From: Cyanobacteria bacterium P01_A01_bin.123
GTDB taxonomy: Bacteria > Cyanobacteriota > Cyanobacteriia > Phormidesmidales > Phormidesmidaceae
Direction: 5' to 3'
NCBI GenBank assembly: GCA_039815185.1
Contig: JBCBZT010000012.1
Location: forward strand, 121,313 to 185,312
Length of the DNA: 64,000 nt
The translations under genes and the position numbers were made by a program. The notes under the pieces are model-generated. The model saw only the letters and a program-made list of their open reading frames with translations, was not told the DNA's origin and did not search any database. This document shows positions 1 to 9,813 of the stretch, one piece after another (position 1 is the first letter of the stretch; every line of letters starts with the position of its first letter).

Positions 1-969
1 GGCTTAACAGCCCTCTTTGTAGGGCTTTCCACTGCTTTTGCCACTGCCAACGCAGCTCCAGATCCAGTCTTTGATTCAGTGATTGACGACATTCGCAGTG
101 AGTTACCTGAAGGTTGGCAATTTCGTTTACCTTCAGAGATGCCACTAGACAGCGAAATCTATCCTTTTGTGAGTGAAGCGAGCGACACCAAGCTGGTCGT
201 CAGTCTGGGCATCACGCCCGACTGTACTTCAGCAGACTGTACGATCGGGGTGATTGGTGCCGTGGATGCAGGCGCAAGCAGTTGGCCTCCTGAAGGCGAA
301 AGCGTGACACCCGTTGATCTGGGCCAAGATGAGCTAGGCCAAGACTTAGAGGGCTATTACCTGCTGCAAGGGGAAGGTACTGCCACGAATCAACTCGTCA
401 TGTGGCAGCAAGATGGGCTCCTGTATGGCATTGTGACCGTTGCAGATGCGCTACCCCAAGAGCAGCTTGTGGCAGTGGCCAGTTCAATGGCGAGTGAACC
501 CCCCATTGACGGTGACGCATCGATGACAGAGCCGCCTATTGACGGTGAGCCCCCTGTTACAGAACCGCCCATTGATGGTGAGCCCCCCGTCACAGAACCG
601 CCGATTACAGAACCGCCGGTTGACAGCGTACCCCCTGTGACCGAACCGCCGATCACCGAACCCCCTGTTGACGGCGTCCCCCCTGTGACCGAGCCACCCA
701 TTGATGGTGAACCCCCTGTCACAGAACCACCTATCGATGGTGAGCCGCCTGTGACCGAGCCACCCATTGATGGTGAGCCGCCTGTCACTGAGCCCCCGAT
801 TACAGAGCCGCCCATTGATAGTGGTGTACCCCCTGTCACTGAGCCACCCATTGATGGTGAACCCCCTGTGACCGAGCCGCCCATTGATAGCGAGCCGCCC
901 GTGACGGAACCCCCGATTGACAGTGAACCGCCTGTAACCGAGCCCCCGATTGAAGATGAAGCACCCTAA
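1..969 (+). CDS. Secreted protein with C-terminal Pro/acidic repeats (PPVTEPPIDGE)n; start lies upstream of the window
   Basis: Frame is open from position 1 (GLTALFVGLSTAFATANAAP, signal-peptide-like); about 14 repeats of PPVTEPPIDGE/PPITE from ~500 to 960. Confidence 0.75.
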   Translation, partial: GLTALFVGLSTAFATANAAPDPVFDSVIDDIRSELPEGWQFRLPSEMPLDSEIYPFVSEASDTKLVVSLGITPDCTSADCTIGVIGAVDAGASSWPPEGESVTPVDLGQDELGQDLEGYYLLQGEGTATNQLVMWQQDGLLYGIVTVADALPQEQLVAVASSMASEPPIDGDASMTEPPIDGEPPVTEPPIDGEPPVTEPPITEPPVDSVPPVTEPPITEPPVDGVPPVTEPPIDGEPPVTEPPIDGEPPVTEPPIDGEPPVTEPPITEPPIDSGVPPVTEPPIDGEPPVTEPPIDSEPPVTEPPIDSEPPVTEPPIEDEAP

Positions 970-1005
970 CGGATCCTCCCGTTAGCCCTTAAGCGCTTTC
1001 CATAA

Positions 1006-1107
1006 CGCTGGCCAGATTGCTTAAGACACCGAGTATCGCTGGGATGCTGAGTATACAAGCAATCTGGCTCGCCGTAGCGCCCAAAGCTTGGGGCGCTACG
1101 GCTATAC
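1006..1107. repeat. Dispersed palindromic repeat (REP/MITE-like), copy A
   Basis: CCAGATTGCTT...AAGCAATCTGG inverted repeat followed by hairpin GCCGTAGCGCCC-AAAGCTTG-GGGCGCTACGGC; closely similar copy at 46420-46526. Confidence 0.8.
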
Positions 1108-1201
1108 CATCCCGTCGCCTTTAGGAATTGCTTGGTTGTTATGGCATTCTCAACGCCCAGTAACATCCAGTCACTAGCGCCTAGCATGACAGTCTCAGCA
1201 C

Positions 1202-1848
1202 CTATTCACCCACGTGCTTTTCTTCTGGAAAATAGCTTTTTAGATAATTGAAGGCGAGTCTCTGCGTTTCCTGCACGAGTCGTTGACGGAAATCAGGTGC
1301 TTGCCCCGAAGAAATCCAGAGTAAATTGCCCATTGCCTTGACGAGAACAAACGCGATCGCCTCGCAGTCTTCTGCACTTAAGACATCATTCAGTTTAGAA
1401 AAAATCCTTACGAATGCCTGAACCAATTGATTATCCGTCGCTTCATTTATTTCAGGCATGCTGGTTGTGATTTCTACAAAAGTAGCGCGGTAGCCAGGAT
1501 TTTCGCGAAAAAAGCCGTTGATTCCCTGGGTTAAGCGATTCACATACTCCGATAGGGGAAGTTGCATCATCGCTTCCGTCTCAAAAACCTGCAACTGCTG
1601 GTTGAGTAAATCCGTATATTGCTCCGCCAAAGCCTGCAAAATCGCTGTCTTATCGGGAAAAACTGGTACAGCGTACCGATCGGTACCTCCGCTTCCGCTG
1701 CGATCTGTTTCGTGGTTGCAGCAGTATATCCCTGCTCAACAAATATTGCTGCCGCCATCTCCAAAATTCGATTAACCCGTTCTAAACTGCGGGCCTGCTT
1801 GGGCTTGCGCCATTTTCGCACGATCGTCTCTGAAGATTGTTCGGTCAT
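1202..1848 (-). pseudogene. TetR/AcrR-family regulator, frameshifted
   Basis: HTH (ILEMAAAIFVEQGYTAATTKQIAAEAEVPIGTLYQFFP) in ORF 1567..1875 and ligand domain in ORF 1202..1639; the frame changes at GGGAAAAA (~1655-1662), where FPDK is expected. Confidence 0.8.
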
Positions 1849-1863
1849 TTCGTCAATTCCTTC

Positions 1864-1917
1864 TTGACATAACATGAGCTTAACTCATATATTCAAAAAC
1901 GTGAGCTTAACTCATAT
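1864..1917 (+). promoter_or_regulatory. Sigma70-like promoter overlapped by two tandem palindromic operators (probable TetR sites)
   Basis: TTGACA 1864-1869, TATATT 1888-1893; TGAGCTTAACTCATAT at 1875-1890 and 1902-1917. Confidence 0.65.
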
Positions 1918-1939
1918 CTTAATTTGAAGGAATATCGGA

Positions 1940-2308
1940 ATGCCACATTCTGGGCAGCTTCGCATCAATCTATTTGGTCATCTGCGATTAACGTTTGAGA
2001 ACCAGCCGATTGCTAGTTTGCGGACGGATCGGTATCAATCGCTGTTGGCCTATTTTGTCCTTCAGGCGCGATCGCCTCAACCCCGCTCTCAGCTGGCTGG
2101 CTTATTTTGGCCAGATATTCCTGAGGCCAAGACTAAAGCCAGCCTTAGACAAGAGCTATACCGGCTCAAAAAGATGCTGCCCCAGGCAGATCAATTTTTA
2201 CAGGTAACCGCAAAGACCGTGCAGTGGTTACCACAGCTTCCCCCAAACTCGTCTCCCAGTCAGAGTGACACGTGCTCAAACGGGGCTAGCTCAGGGATGG
2301 GTATTTGA
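1940..2308 (+). pseudogene. N-terminal fragment of a SARP/AfsR-type (wHTH-BTAD) regulator
   Basis: LRINLFGHLRL...SLLAYFVL...RSQLAGLFWPD...KASLRQELYRLKK; similarity ends after ~100 aa. Confidence 0.65.
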
Positions 2309-2669
2309 TGAGGGTACCTCTCTACCTGTGCAGCTGCGAGTTCTAAACTTCTATGCCAACGGTGACATCACCTACGTAGCAAAAATCAATGGTGTCGGGC
2401 TAAGAGAGGGAGATTTTGTTTCAAAAGGACAGCTCCTGGCTACGATTGACGACCGCAGACAAACCTCTAGCATCGAAACCGCAGAAGCTGATATTCAGGT
2501 GGCTATTAATCAGCGGGAGCAATCAGAAGCTTCGCTTTTACAGGCTCAAGCCAATTTAGATAAGACTGAATCTGATCTGGCCTTAGCACAAACAGAACTC
2601 CAGCGTTATCAATCTCTGTTTGAACGAGGGGTAGTGGCAGAGAGCTATCGCGATGCTGGCGATAGCTAA
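2265..2669 (+). pseudogene. Fragment of an RND efflux periplasmic adaptor (MFP)
   Basis: LREGDFVSKGQLLATIDDR lipoyl-like motif, then helical hairpin ELQRYQSLFERGVVA; truncated at both ends. Confidence 0.65.
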
Positions 2670-2981
2670 TGTTACTTACAACCCTTTTGCAGTTGCTCTG
2701 GTAACAGAATTGGCTCCCAAACCTTCTCTTGGCATTTATCTATCTCTAAATGCTCAATGCTGGACAATTGGTTACTGACTTGGCCCGCTAGTAGGGGGGT
2801 GATCACTCGCTCAAAATGAAAAAATTGCTCATGGGCTTTGGGCTACTGTGTCTCTCAGTACGCTGGTTGGAGTGCTTATGCTAAGGCGACTCACCAGGTT
2901 GCAAAGGACAACTGACTGATTACAATTCGGTTGCATCTAATCAAGCAAATTCCAACCACATATGTGTCGCTTGCTGAAGCG

Positions 2982-3067
2982 AGCTAACGGTGCAGTTGTG
3001 CGGCGGCCAATACTTTTGCATTGATGCCTGAATTGTAAATTCCGTCCGCTCCTGCGTAGGGTTAGAC
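2982..3067 (-). mobile_element. attC: Integron attC recombination site
   Basis: Minus strand: GTCTAAC-5 nt-GCAGGAGC-GGACGG...CCGCC-GCACAAC-6 nt-GTTAGCT; 86 bp with R''/L''/L'/R' spacing, L'' degenerate; IntI remnant 2.6 kb away. Confidence 0.7.
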
Positions 3068-3334
3068 GACAGGATCAAGCAGTTGTCCCATGTCTATCTC
3101 GGGGCCTATGTTAGCCTGAAATCGATTGCTTCAAGGAATTTATGAGAATGGTGCGGTCTTCAAAATTTAGTGGTGAGGCATTATGAAGTTACATCAGAGA
3201 TCGCACCTTACAGCTAAGTTAGACACTTTGTCCTTTACATACGTTTCAACATAAAATTAGGTTCGCAAAAACCTATAATCCATGAGTCTTGTGCCTCAAT
3301 CTGGTTTGTAAAGTGACTGGTTCTCACTCCTTTT

Positions 3335-5074
3335 CTAACTGATTGGTGAATAAGCTGTATCCAGGAGATCTAGTATAGTCTCAGCACTTCCCTGCCCAAT
3401 CACCTGAATTTGTGGACCGTGAAGTGACTCTTTAAATATATCAATCTCTTCTTTGCTAGGGCATTCATGGGCCCCACCTAATTTCTGGCAAGCATATGCT
3501 GCCCAAGCTTGACTATCTTTCACAGCTCTTTGAAGATCGAAAAAAGAGAAGATTGACTCATGCTTGTCAAATAGATGTGATGCAATGGCTGCACCAAAAG
3601 CGTCCCCCGCACCTGTAGGATCTACAATTTTTCCTGGTTTATAAGGAAGTATTAAAATAAGCCCATCTGCACCATCTTTATAGCTACAGACTGCCCCTAA
3701 TTTATCCATAGTAATTACACTTGTAACTCCTTTTTTGTTTAGAGAAGTTACAATCTCCTTCAAAGCAAGATCCTTCTTATCTACCTGGAATAAGCGCTTG
3801 ACTTCATCTAGATTGAGCTGAAAAATAGAAATTTTTGGTAAAAACTCTTGCCAGAAGTCAAATCCATATTCGATTTGACTTCTGCCAAAATTAGCAAGGA
3901 TATCAGCATTAGGGAATCTACTTATCAGTAGCTTTGTACATTTCCCTGAGCCTTCACTATCAGCATAAATATGCCCAATAATAACAGTCTTTATCCTCCT
4001 TTCAACTTCTTCCCCAAGGTCATCTAGGCGATTCGTAAGGTGGCGGAAAAAGTCTCCCTGCTCCACATTTTCGGTAAGAATAGTACGTTTCTCCCCTCTC
4101 ACCAGAATCGTAGAGTAATTTGTTATTGCTCCAGGAATAAAAAAATTTTCAGAACCAACAAAATCATCAATTATTTTTGGCAATTTACTCGTCCGTCTTA
4201 TAGTGTTGAGAAGCTCTTCTTGAATACACTCTCCAAGACGATCCCGACCAACGCCAGGTATTGGGATTACTGGGATGCCAAAGTTCATCAGGCGTATACT
4301 ATAGTTAATACAGCTTCCACCAAAAAGTTTAATAGGATTAACGGTATATTTCCGATCTTCTTTGAACTCTAACGGTAGCTGAATTATATTTTCACCATTG
4401 CTTCCACCAACAACAAGAACATAATTTTCCTGCTCACAAACATTTACTAGCTGGTTTTGTTTTCGGATAGGTAGCAATCTAGTCCAGTAGTCATCTTGCT
4501 GATGAGACTCTGTCTGAAGGTTTCGTAGTTCAGGGAGCTTCTCCAAAACCGCATAGGAAGGAAGAGCACCACCGCCTAAATCGCTAAATTTATCACGAGT
4601 AAAATTAAGAATTCCGCATACTTTACCTGTTCGCTGATTCAACAAGGCAGCCCCGCTCATCCCTTTGCTCACCTGTCCCTGAGCAAACTTGATGAATGCT
4701 GGTTTATCTCCCGTTAACCCCTCACACGTAAACGTCACTGGGCAACCGTTGGGAAAATTATCAGGATAGCCAAATATATATAGTGGGTCGCGGGTTTGAA
4801 CTTCTTCACCCAAATACACACAGGACGGATTGACATTGGTTGGAAGCGTTACCCTAAGTAGAGCCAGATCCCAAGGATCAGGTAAAAGCTGCTCTACAAT
4901 AGCTTCTACGTCGCTCTCTTGGTTTTGCAACCGTATTTGAACAAATTTCTCGTTCTGTACGACATGAGCACAAGTAAGAATATATTCACGGGCCACAAAG
5001 AAACCTGTACCCCTTCCACAGGGACTTATGAGCTTTACCGTGCATAGCTTCAGCAGTTCTTCTAGGCGACTCAT
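3335..5074 (-). CDS. Trypsin-like serine protease fused to a C-terminal PfkB-family carbohydrate/nucleoside kinase
   Basis: Triad motifs GTGFF..TCAHV, WDLALL, GMSGAAL; PfkB motifs GGSCINYS..L, VITMDKLGA, DPTGAGDAFGA. Confidence 0.85.
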   Translation of the reverse strand: MSRLEELLKLCTVKLISPCGRGTGFFVAREYILTCAHVVQNEKFVQIRLQNQESDVEAIVEQLLPDPWDLALLRVTLPTNVNPSCVYLGEEVQTRDPLYIFGYPDNFPNGCPVTFTCEGLTGDKPAFIKFAQGQVSKGMSGAALLNQRTGKVCGILNFTRDKFSDLGGGALPSYAVLEKLPELRNLQTESHQQDDYWTRLLPIRKQNQLVNVCEQENYVLVVGGSNGENIIQLPLEFKEDRKYTVNPIKLFGGSCINYSIRLMNFGIPVIPIPGVGRDRLGECIQEELLNTIRRTSKLPKIIDDFVGSENFFIPGAITNYSTILVRGEKRTILTENVEQGDFFRHLTNRLDDLGEEVERRIKTVIIGHIYADSEGSGKCTKLLISRFPNADILANFGRSQIEYGFDFWQEFLPKISIFQLNLDEVKRLFQVDKKDLALKEIVTSLNKKGVTSVITMDKLGAVCSYKDGADGLILILPYKPGKIVDPTGAGDAFGAAIASHLFDKHESIFSFFDLQRAVKDSQAWAAYACQKLGGAHECPSKEEIDIFKESLHGPQIQVIGQGSAETILDLLDTAYSPIS

Positions 5075-5077
5075 AAA

Positions 5078-5404
5078 TTATTCCCCTTGCTGTACTTCCC
5101 ACTCTAAAGTGATTTCCAGATTAGCTTTGCTGGAACCTTTCACTATTACTGCAGTCAGTTGTCCAGACTCGATTGACAGTTCCATACCAAATTTTACGCT
5201 AGCTTTCTTAGGCTTTACCTTTTGAATCGGGGTGGCAATCATCTGTACCAAGCCCTCAATCGCATCTGCAACAGGCTGAAACTGCTTTTTATCAAAGCTC
5301 GCGCTGGCTTTCTCTAGTCCCGTTTGTGCTACCTCAAATTTGACAGTAGCCCCATTTGGCAGCTGAATTGGAATAGTATTACTGTAAGGATTAGTAAAGG
5401 TCAT
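5078..5404 (-). CDS. Trypsin-co-occurring domain 1 (Trypco1 / CU044_2847-like) protein
   Basis: KPKKASVKFGMELSIESGQLTAVIVKGSSKANLEITLEW signature; ends 3 bp before the trypsin gene. Confidence 0.8.
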   Translation of the reverse strand: MTFTNPYSNTIPIQLPNGATVKFEVAQTGLEKASASFDKKQFQPVADAIEGLVQMIATPIQKVKPKKASVKFGMELSIESGQLTAVIVKGSSKANLEITLEWEVQQGE

Positions 5405-5694
5405 ATTTGTAGATACCTAAGAAGATTAGATTACTATCTTAAAATATCCAGCAGTATTGGCTCCGATTGCGTTCAATGTATACATTGATTTCGGCTTGGT
5501 AATCTAAATAATAGCAGCGTGCATCAGAGATTTGAGTCCAGTGCCTCATCGAGGTAAGAATGGGCCTAGTTAACTATCAATTAGAGAGAACCATTCCATA
5601 TAACTCCCTTAAATGGGTGTTTAAGTAGAAACTTTTCAGCCTAATTCCCTGATTTGGGCGTTTAGGTGGAAATACGTCAGCCTAATACTCTTAT

Positions 5695-5898
5695 ATGGCT
5701 GTGCACCTAGCCAGCATCAATAAACGAGTCGGTTGTCATACGTTTCGCCATAGCTTTGCGACCCACCTTCTAGAAAATGGCTATGACATCCGCACGATTC
5801 AAGAACTGCTGGGCCACAAAGATGTCAAGACAACAATGATTTGTACCCACGTTTTGAATCGTGGTGGTCGTGGCGTCAGGAGTCCCTTGGATGGCTAA
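5695..5898 (+). pseudogene. intI: Integron integrase C-terminal remnant; catalytic Tyr replaced by Cys
   Basis: [57 protein letters not shown] matches the IntI C-terminus (normally TTMIYTH); only 67 aa. Confidence 0.85.
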
Positions 5899-5918
5899 GC
5901 GGGAGTGCGAAAAACCTA

Positions 5919-8459
5919 CTATTCATTCTCCTGCTTCCACTCTGTCAACACCCCATACAATCCCCAAATCGCCATCGGTCGTAAATAATGACACGCCCGA
6001 AACGTGCCCACCGCTGTGATCGCCTCTGGTGTGCGAAACTGCAACCCATACTCATAAATCTGCCGCACCACCGCCTTACTAATAGTCAACGCCTCCTTAA
6101 CCATGCCCGTATGGGCCATAAACGCAGCCAGACCAAAGTTAATCCCCGTCCACACTTCTAGCTGATGAGTATCGTCAAAATGCTCCGGTACGCCGTCTGG
6201 CAAAATGCCATTGGCCGCACCCACCGCCATGCCCAAACTAGCAGTGCTAAAATTCCCCGTTTGCGTCCCTTCAAATCGCTGGTTTTGCACCACCGAATGG
6301 GTCTGCACATATTGATTGAACTTGACAAAACAGGCGTCGTAAATCGTTTCTAGTGCCGATTGGATATACTCTGGTTCTACCAAATCCGGCAGGCCCATCA
6401 ACTGCGCCATGAACTGGCCGCAAAGTTGATCCGCCATCACTACTTCAGAGCCGCTGTGGGTATCCAGACGGTAGTAGCGACCGTTCCACAGTTTGTTTTG
6501 ATAGACAACTTGCCCATGCTTCAACCAGCGGCGATATTGGGTCAGTAAAATCGGCAGATTGCCGGGGGCACGCTGATGTTGGGTGAGGACATCTGCGATC
6601 GCGATCGCAGCTTCCAACGCCGCCAACCATAACCCACCACAATAGGCACTGACGCCCTTAAGCTGCCAGTCATCAAAGGTTTGATCCGGCGCACCGCCGT
6701 TTTCAGGGATGCCGTCGCCGTCTTGGTCAAACCGCTTGAGATAGGTCAGGGTATCTACCACCGCAGGCCAGCAGTCCGCCAAGAAATCAACGTCGGTTTC
6801 TCCAGTCAACTTGTAGGCGCGGTACACCTGCAACACAAAATCACTACCCAGATCTTTCCACTGGTTGCAGTCTTGATAGCTGGTGTAATTGGTCTTTTCA
6901 AACGGGGATTCATTCGGAGCCCCCAAATCGTGGGGGGTTGCCCCTTGCGCTTTGCGAATTGCGGGCGGGCTTTCTTCTCCCATCGTCAGGTAGTAGCCCA
7001 CAATGCGCGGCGTCTGATCCGCTGTAGGAATGGCGCGGGCAAAGGCTCGAATCACCGCTTTTTCGAGTTCAGGCCACAGCATCAATACACCAAAGCCGCC
7101 ATAGAGCCGGACGTCTAGACTTTCATACCAGCGGTAATCCAGGCACTCTAGCACTGCAAATTGCCCCACCGGGTCGCGATCGCTGGCGGCAGTCCATAAC
7201 GTCCCGCCGCTGGTGAGGTCATATAGCTCATTGAACAGGGCCATTTTGAACCAGTTGGGCAAAGCGGTGCGATCGCAGATCGGATCTTGCCAATCTGCGA
7301 TCGCTTGATGCCAAGCCGGATAGTCTTTCAAAGCTGTGATTGCGATTTGCCAAGCGTTACGCCCACTGCGATCAAAGAAATCCGTATAGCGACGGTAAGC
7401 GCTGGTACCCGCTGCAAACTCGGTTACGGGTAAATCCCAGGTGATAACGATGGGCACTCGGCGCGATTGTCCTGGGGCTAGGGTAAATCGCAGCGCGATT
7501 GCCCCCCCAATTTGCTCCCCCGTCACCGCCGGATCGGCATTCCCCAGATTGGGTAGTGAGCCATCTTGGGCAAAGGATTGCCATAAATCTGCGCCATTCC
7601 CGGCTGGGTTCCAGCGACTGTGGTGAAAGATCTCGGTGTTGGGGAGATTAGTGGTGGCGATCGCCCATTGTCCTTCCCCTTCCAGGCAAACTCTGTCCTC
7701 TGCCCGCGCCCCGTCCATCAAAATTCCAACAAACTTTGGATTGTCAACCCAGTGATTGGTACTGCCCTCGCTTTTGTCTAGGGGCGGCACGTAATCATAA
7801 AACGGACTGCCGTCATCCCGCTGTTGCACACTGGGCGATTTGTTGGCATTAGTGAACCAGTTCACCATGTTCTGCCAAGACACCATCAGGCTTAGGGTCA
7901 GTGGCTTATCTGTTGGGTTTTGCACCGTCCACTCAAACACCGCAACGGGATAACTGGCTTCTTGGTAATTGTTGGGCCAGATCGGCGAAAACTGCTCGCA
8001 GGTCACCTTGGCATTGAACACGTTCTCATAGACAAATCCGCTGCGGGGATACAAGGCATAATAAGTCCCCGTAGATTTGGAAGGCTTATCCCCTTGATCT
8101 GATGCGGGATACCACTGCCAGCTGGTTAAAGTACCATCCTGTGGTGGCTGGGTGCAAAGGGCATAGGCTTGAGGCGCTGCCCCTTCAACCTGCTCAAACA
8201 GGCTAAACTGGCAAGCCCCAAATGACTGTTCCGCCGATTGATAAATGTGTTCGCCACCATCAATGTGCCAGAGGGTAAAGTCTCCTCGGGGCGATCGGCC
8301 GATGCAACCCGCCCCGAAACCACCCAGGGGGGCCCCGTGCCAGGGGCCATCGTCAAGGTTACTGGCATAGCGAACCACGTAGGAATTAGCCCAACCTTGA
8401 CCAATCGGTCGGTTCCAGGCGCAGTCGGGGATGTTGGGGAAGATGTCTTGTTTAGCCAT
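5919..8459 (-). CDS. GH116 (GBA2-like) beta-glucosidase
   Basis: GAPLGGFGAGCIGRSPRGDF, FAVLECLDYRWYESLDVRLY, DQTFDDW, EVWTGINF, YLRPMAIW. Confidence 0.9.
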   Translation of the reverse strand: MAKQDIFPNIPDCAWNRPIGQGWANSYVVRYASNLDDGPWHGAPLGGFGAGCIGRSPRGDFTLWHIDGGEHIYQSAEQSFGACQFSLFEQVEGAAPQAYALCTQPPQDGTLTSWQWYPASDQGDKPSKSTGTYYALYPRSGFVYENVFNAKVTCEQFSPIWPNNYQEASYPVAVFEWTVQNPTDKPLTLSLMVSWQNMVNWFTNANKSPSVQQRDDGSPFYDYVPPLDKSEGSTNHWVDNPKFVGILMDGARAEDRVCLEGEGQWAIATTNLPNTEIFHHSRWNPAGNGADLWQSFAQDGSLPNLGNADPAVTGEQIGGAIALRFTLAPGQSRRVPIVITWDLPVTEFAAGTSAYRRYTDFFDRSGRNAWQIAITALKDYPAWHQAIADWQDPICDRTALPNWFKMALFNELYDLTSGGTLWTAASDRDPVGQFAVLECLDYRWYESLDVRLYGGFGVLMLWPELEKAVIRAFARAIPTADQTPRIVGYYLTMGEESPPAIRKAQGATPHDLGAPNESPFEKTNYTSYQDCNQWKDLGSDFVLQVYRAYKLTGETDVDFLADCWPAVVDTLTYLKRFDQDGDGIPENGGAPDQTFDDWQLKGVSAYCGGLWLAALEAAIAIADVLTQHQRAPGNLPILLTQYRRWLKHGQVVYQNKLWNGRYYRLDTHSGSEVVMADQLCGQFMAQLMGLPDLVEPEYIQSALETIYDACFVKFNQYVQTHSVVQNQRFEGTQTGNFSTASLGMAVGAANGILPDGVPEHFDDTHQLEVWTGINFGLAAFMAHTGMVKEALTISKAVVRQIYEYGLQFRTPEAITAVGTFRACHYLRPMAIWGLYGVLTEWKQENE

Positions 8460-8614
8460 CCCCTGATTTTACAGACAACCTGCGTGAGGCGATCGCATTT
8501 CATCTAGAGGGATTGGCGATAGAGGGCCTCGGCATCCCACAACCCTCCACAACATCTGCCTATGTTGAAGTTGCCGCATAGGGTATGAGGCAACTGAATT
8601 GCATCAGATGATAT

Positions 8615-9364
8615 CTATCGTCGATAAGGCACCTTCTGATCAATATCAATATCGTAAACAGAAATGGAGTTCGGCTGGGCACCTTTGGAGTTGAGGCTTT
8701 TGGCCATATTGAGAAACAAGCTGGGATCGCCAGTTTTGGGTTGGCTGTCGTAGGGGCGGAAGTTGCGGACAGACTCTTGCCAGATTGCTTGGGGAAAGCC
8801 TAATTGATTGCGATGATAGGCATCATACCGAGGCGAGGTAATGTTGAAGGGCGTTTCACCCAAAACACGACTGGGCAGAATCCGACGACGGTGATAAGGA
8901 ACGATATTTTCACCAAAGTTCTCGATGTATTCGTCACTGTTCAAGAGGTTATCAATAAACCCTTTAACGCCCTTGCTCATCACCACTGCTGACCAGGCAA
9001 TCTTCTCCGCATTGCTGTAAACTCGACGCCCCAAAACCTTTTGAACACAGTGTTCAACAAAGCGATAATTACTATTTTTGTTGTAAAAACTGTCGATAAA
9101 GGTATTCGACAATAACAATCCACGAACAAAGTCACGAACTGTGATCTGTCTATTGCGAAGTTGAGATTCCAGGACAATCTCACGATCCCATCTAAACGCA
9201 TGAAAAAAGATTTGGCGATAGGCAGCATCTATGAGATTACCCATGTCTGTTGGCGAAAATAGATCATCCGTTGAATAAATAATAGCTTCGTCATCCCGAG
9301 CACCCAGTGCATCTACGCGTTGATTCGGACAAGAAGGGGAATACGCTAATAGAGGAATAGCCAC
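8615..9364 (-). CDS. cpcG: Phycobilisome rod-core linker CpcG
   Basis: GTG start at 9364 (MAIPLLAY); linker domain [26 protein letters not shown]; hydrophilic C-terminus VPYRR, so not CpcL. Confidence 0.85.
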   Translation of the reverse strand: MAIPLLAYSPSCPNQRVDALGARDDEAIIYSTDDLFSPTDMGNLIDAAYRQIFFHAFRWDREIVLESQLRNRQITVRDFVRGLLLSNTFIDSFYNKNSNYRFVEHCVQKVLGRRVYSNAEKIAWSAVVMSKGVKGFIDNLLNSDEYIENFGENIVPYHRRRILPSRVLGETPFNITSPRYDAYHRNQLGFPQAIWQESVRNFRPYDSQPKTGDPSLFLNMAKSLNSKGAQPNSISVYDIDIDQKVPYRR

Positions 9365-9741
9365 GTTTACACAAATCTCCAATTCTATAAAACTTTGCCA
9401 AAAGCGTTCGAATTATACGCTAAGCGTGTAATTCGAATAATCATAATCTAGCAAGGGCTGAAGAGCCCTCCCTATTTAATGAGAGATCGAGTTGTTTAAC
9501 GGCGGTTATTAGGAATCTCAAACTCGGCTTCTAGACTTTACGCAATCATACAAGGACGAGGGAATTTTAATCTGCATGCATCGAATAAAATGTTGCAGAA
9601 TTTAACTTTAACGACCAAAGAAAACACTGAATAAATTTTTTGCAGCAAAAAATAACTCAATGATTTGTAACGCAAATGTTTCCCGCTGCATTGTACAAAC
9701 AGATTACAAGGTTGTGAGTTTATTTTAACCAATAGCTTACT

Positions 9742-9789
9742 GTTTTCTGCACAAATACTGCACAAGTTTTCTGCACAAATACTGCACAA
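9742..9789 (+). promoter_or_regulatory. 24-bp tandem duplication, each unit containing CTGCACA-N4-CTGCACA (L-box-like)
   Basis: GTTTTCTGCACAAATACTGCACAA twice; heptamers at 9747, 9758, 9771, 9782. Confidence 0.5.
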
Positions 9790-9813
9790 ATCAAATAAGG
9801 AGATTTAGATCCC

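Noticed and set aside
390..884. Gly/Ser-rich antisense ORF and other long shadow ORFs such as 14929..15903
   Set aside because: They lie opposite well-supported genes and have no motifs of their own
966..985. CTAACGG...CCGTTAG as a second attC
   Set aside because: Only 20 bp with no L boxes; fits a simple hairpin at a stop codon
9693..9707. NtcA site upstream of cpcB
   Set aside because: Spacing is GTA-N9-TAC
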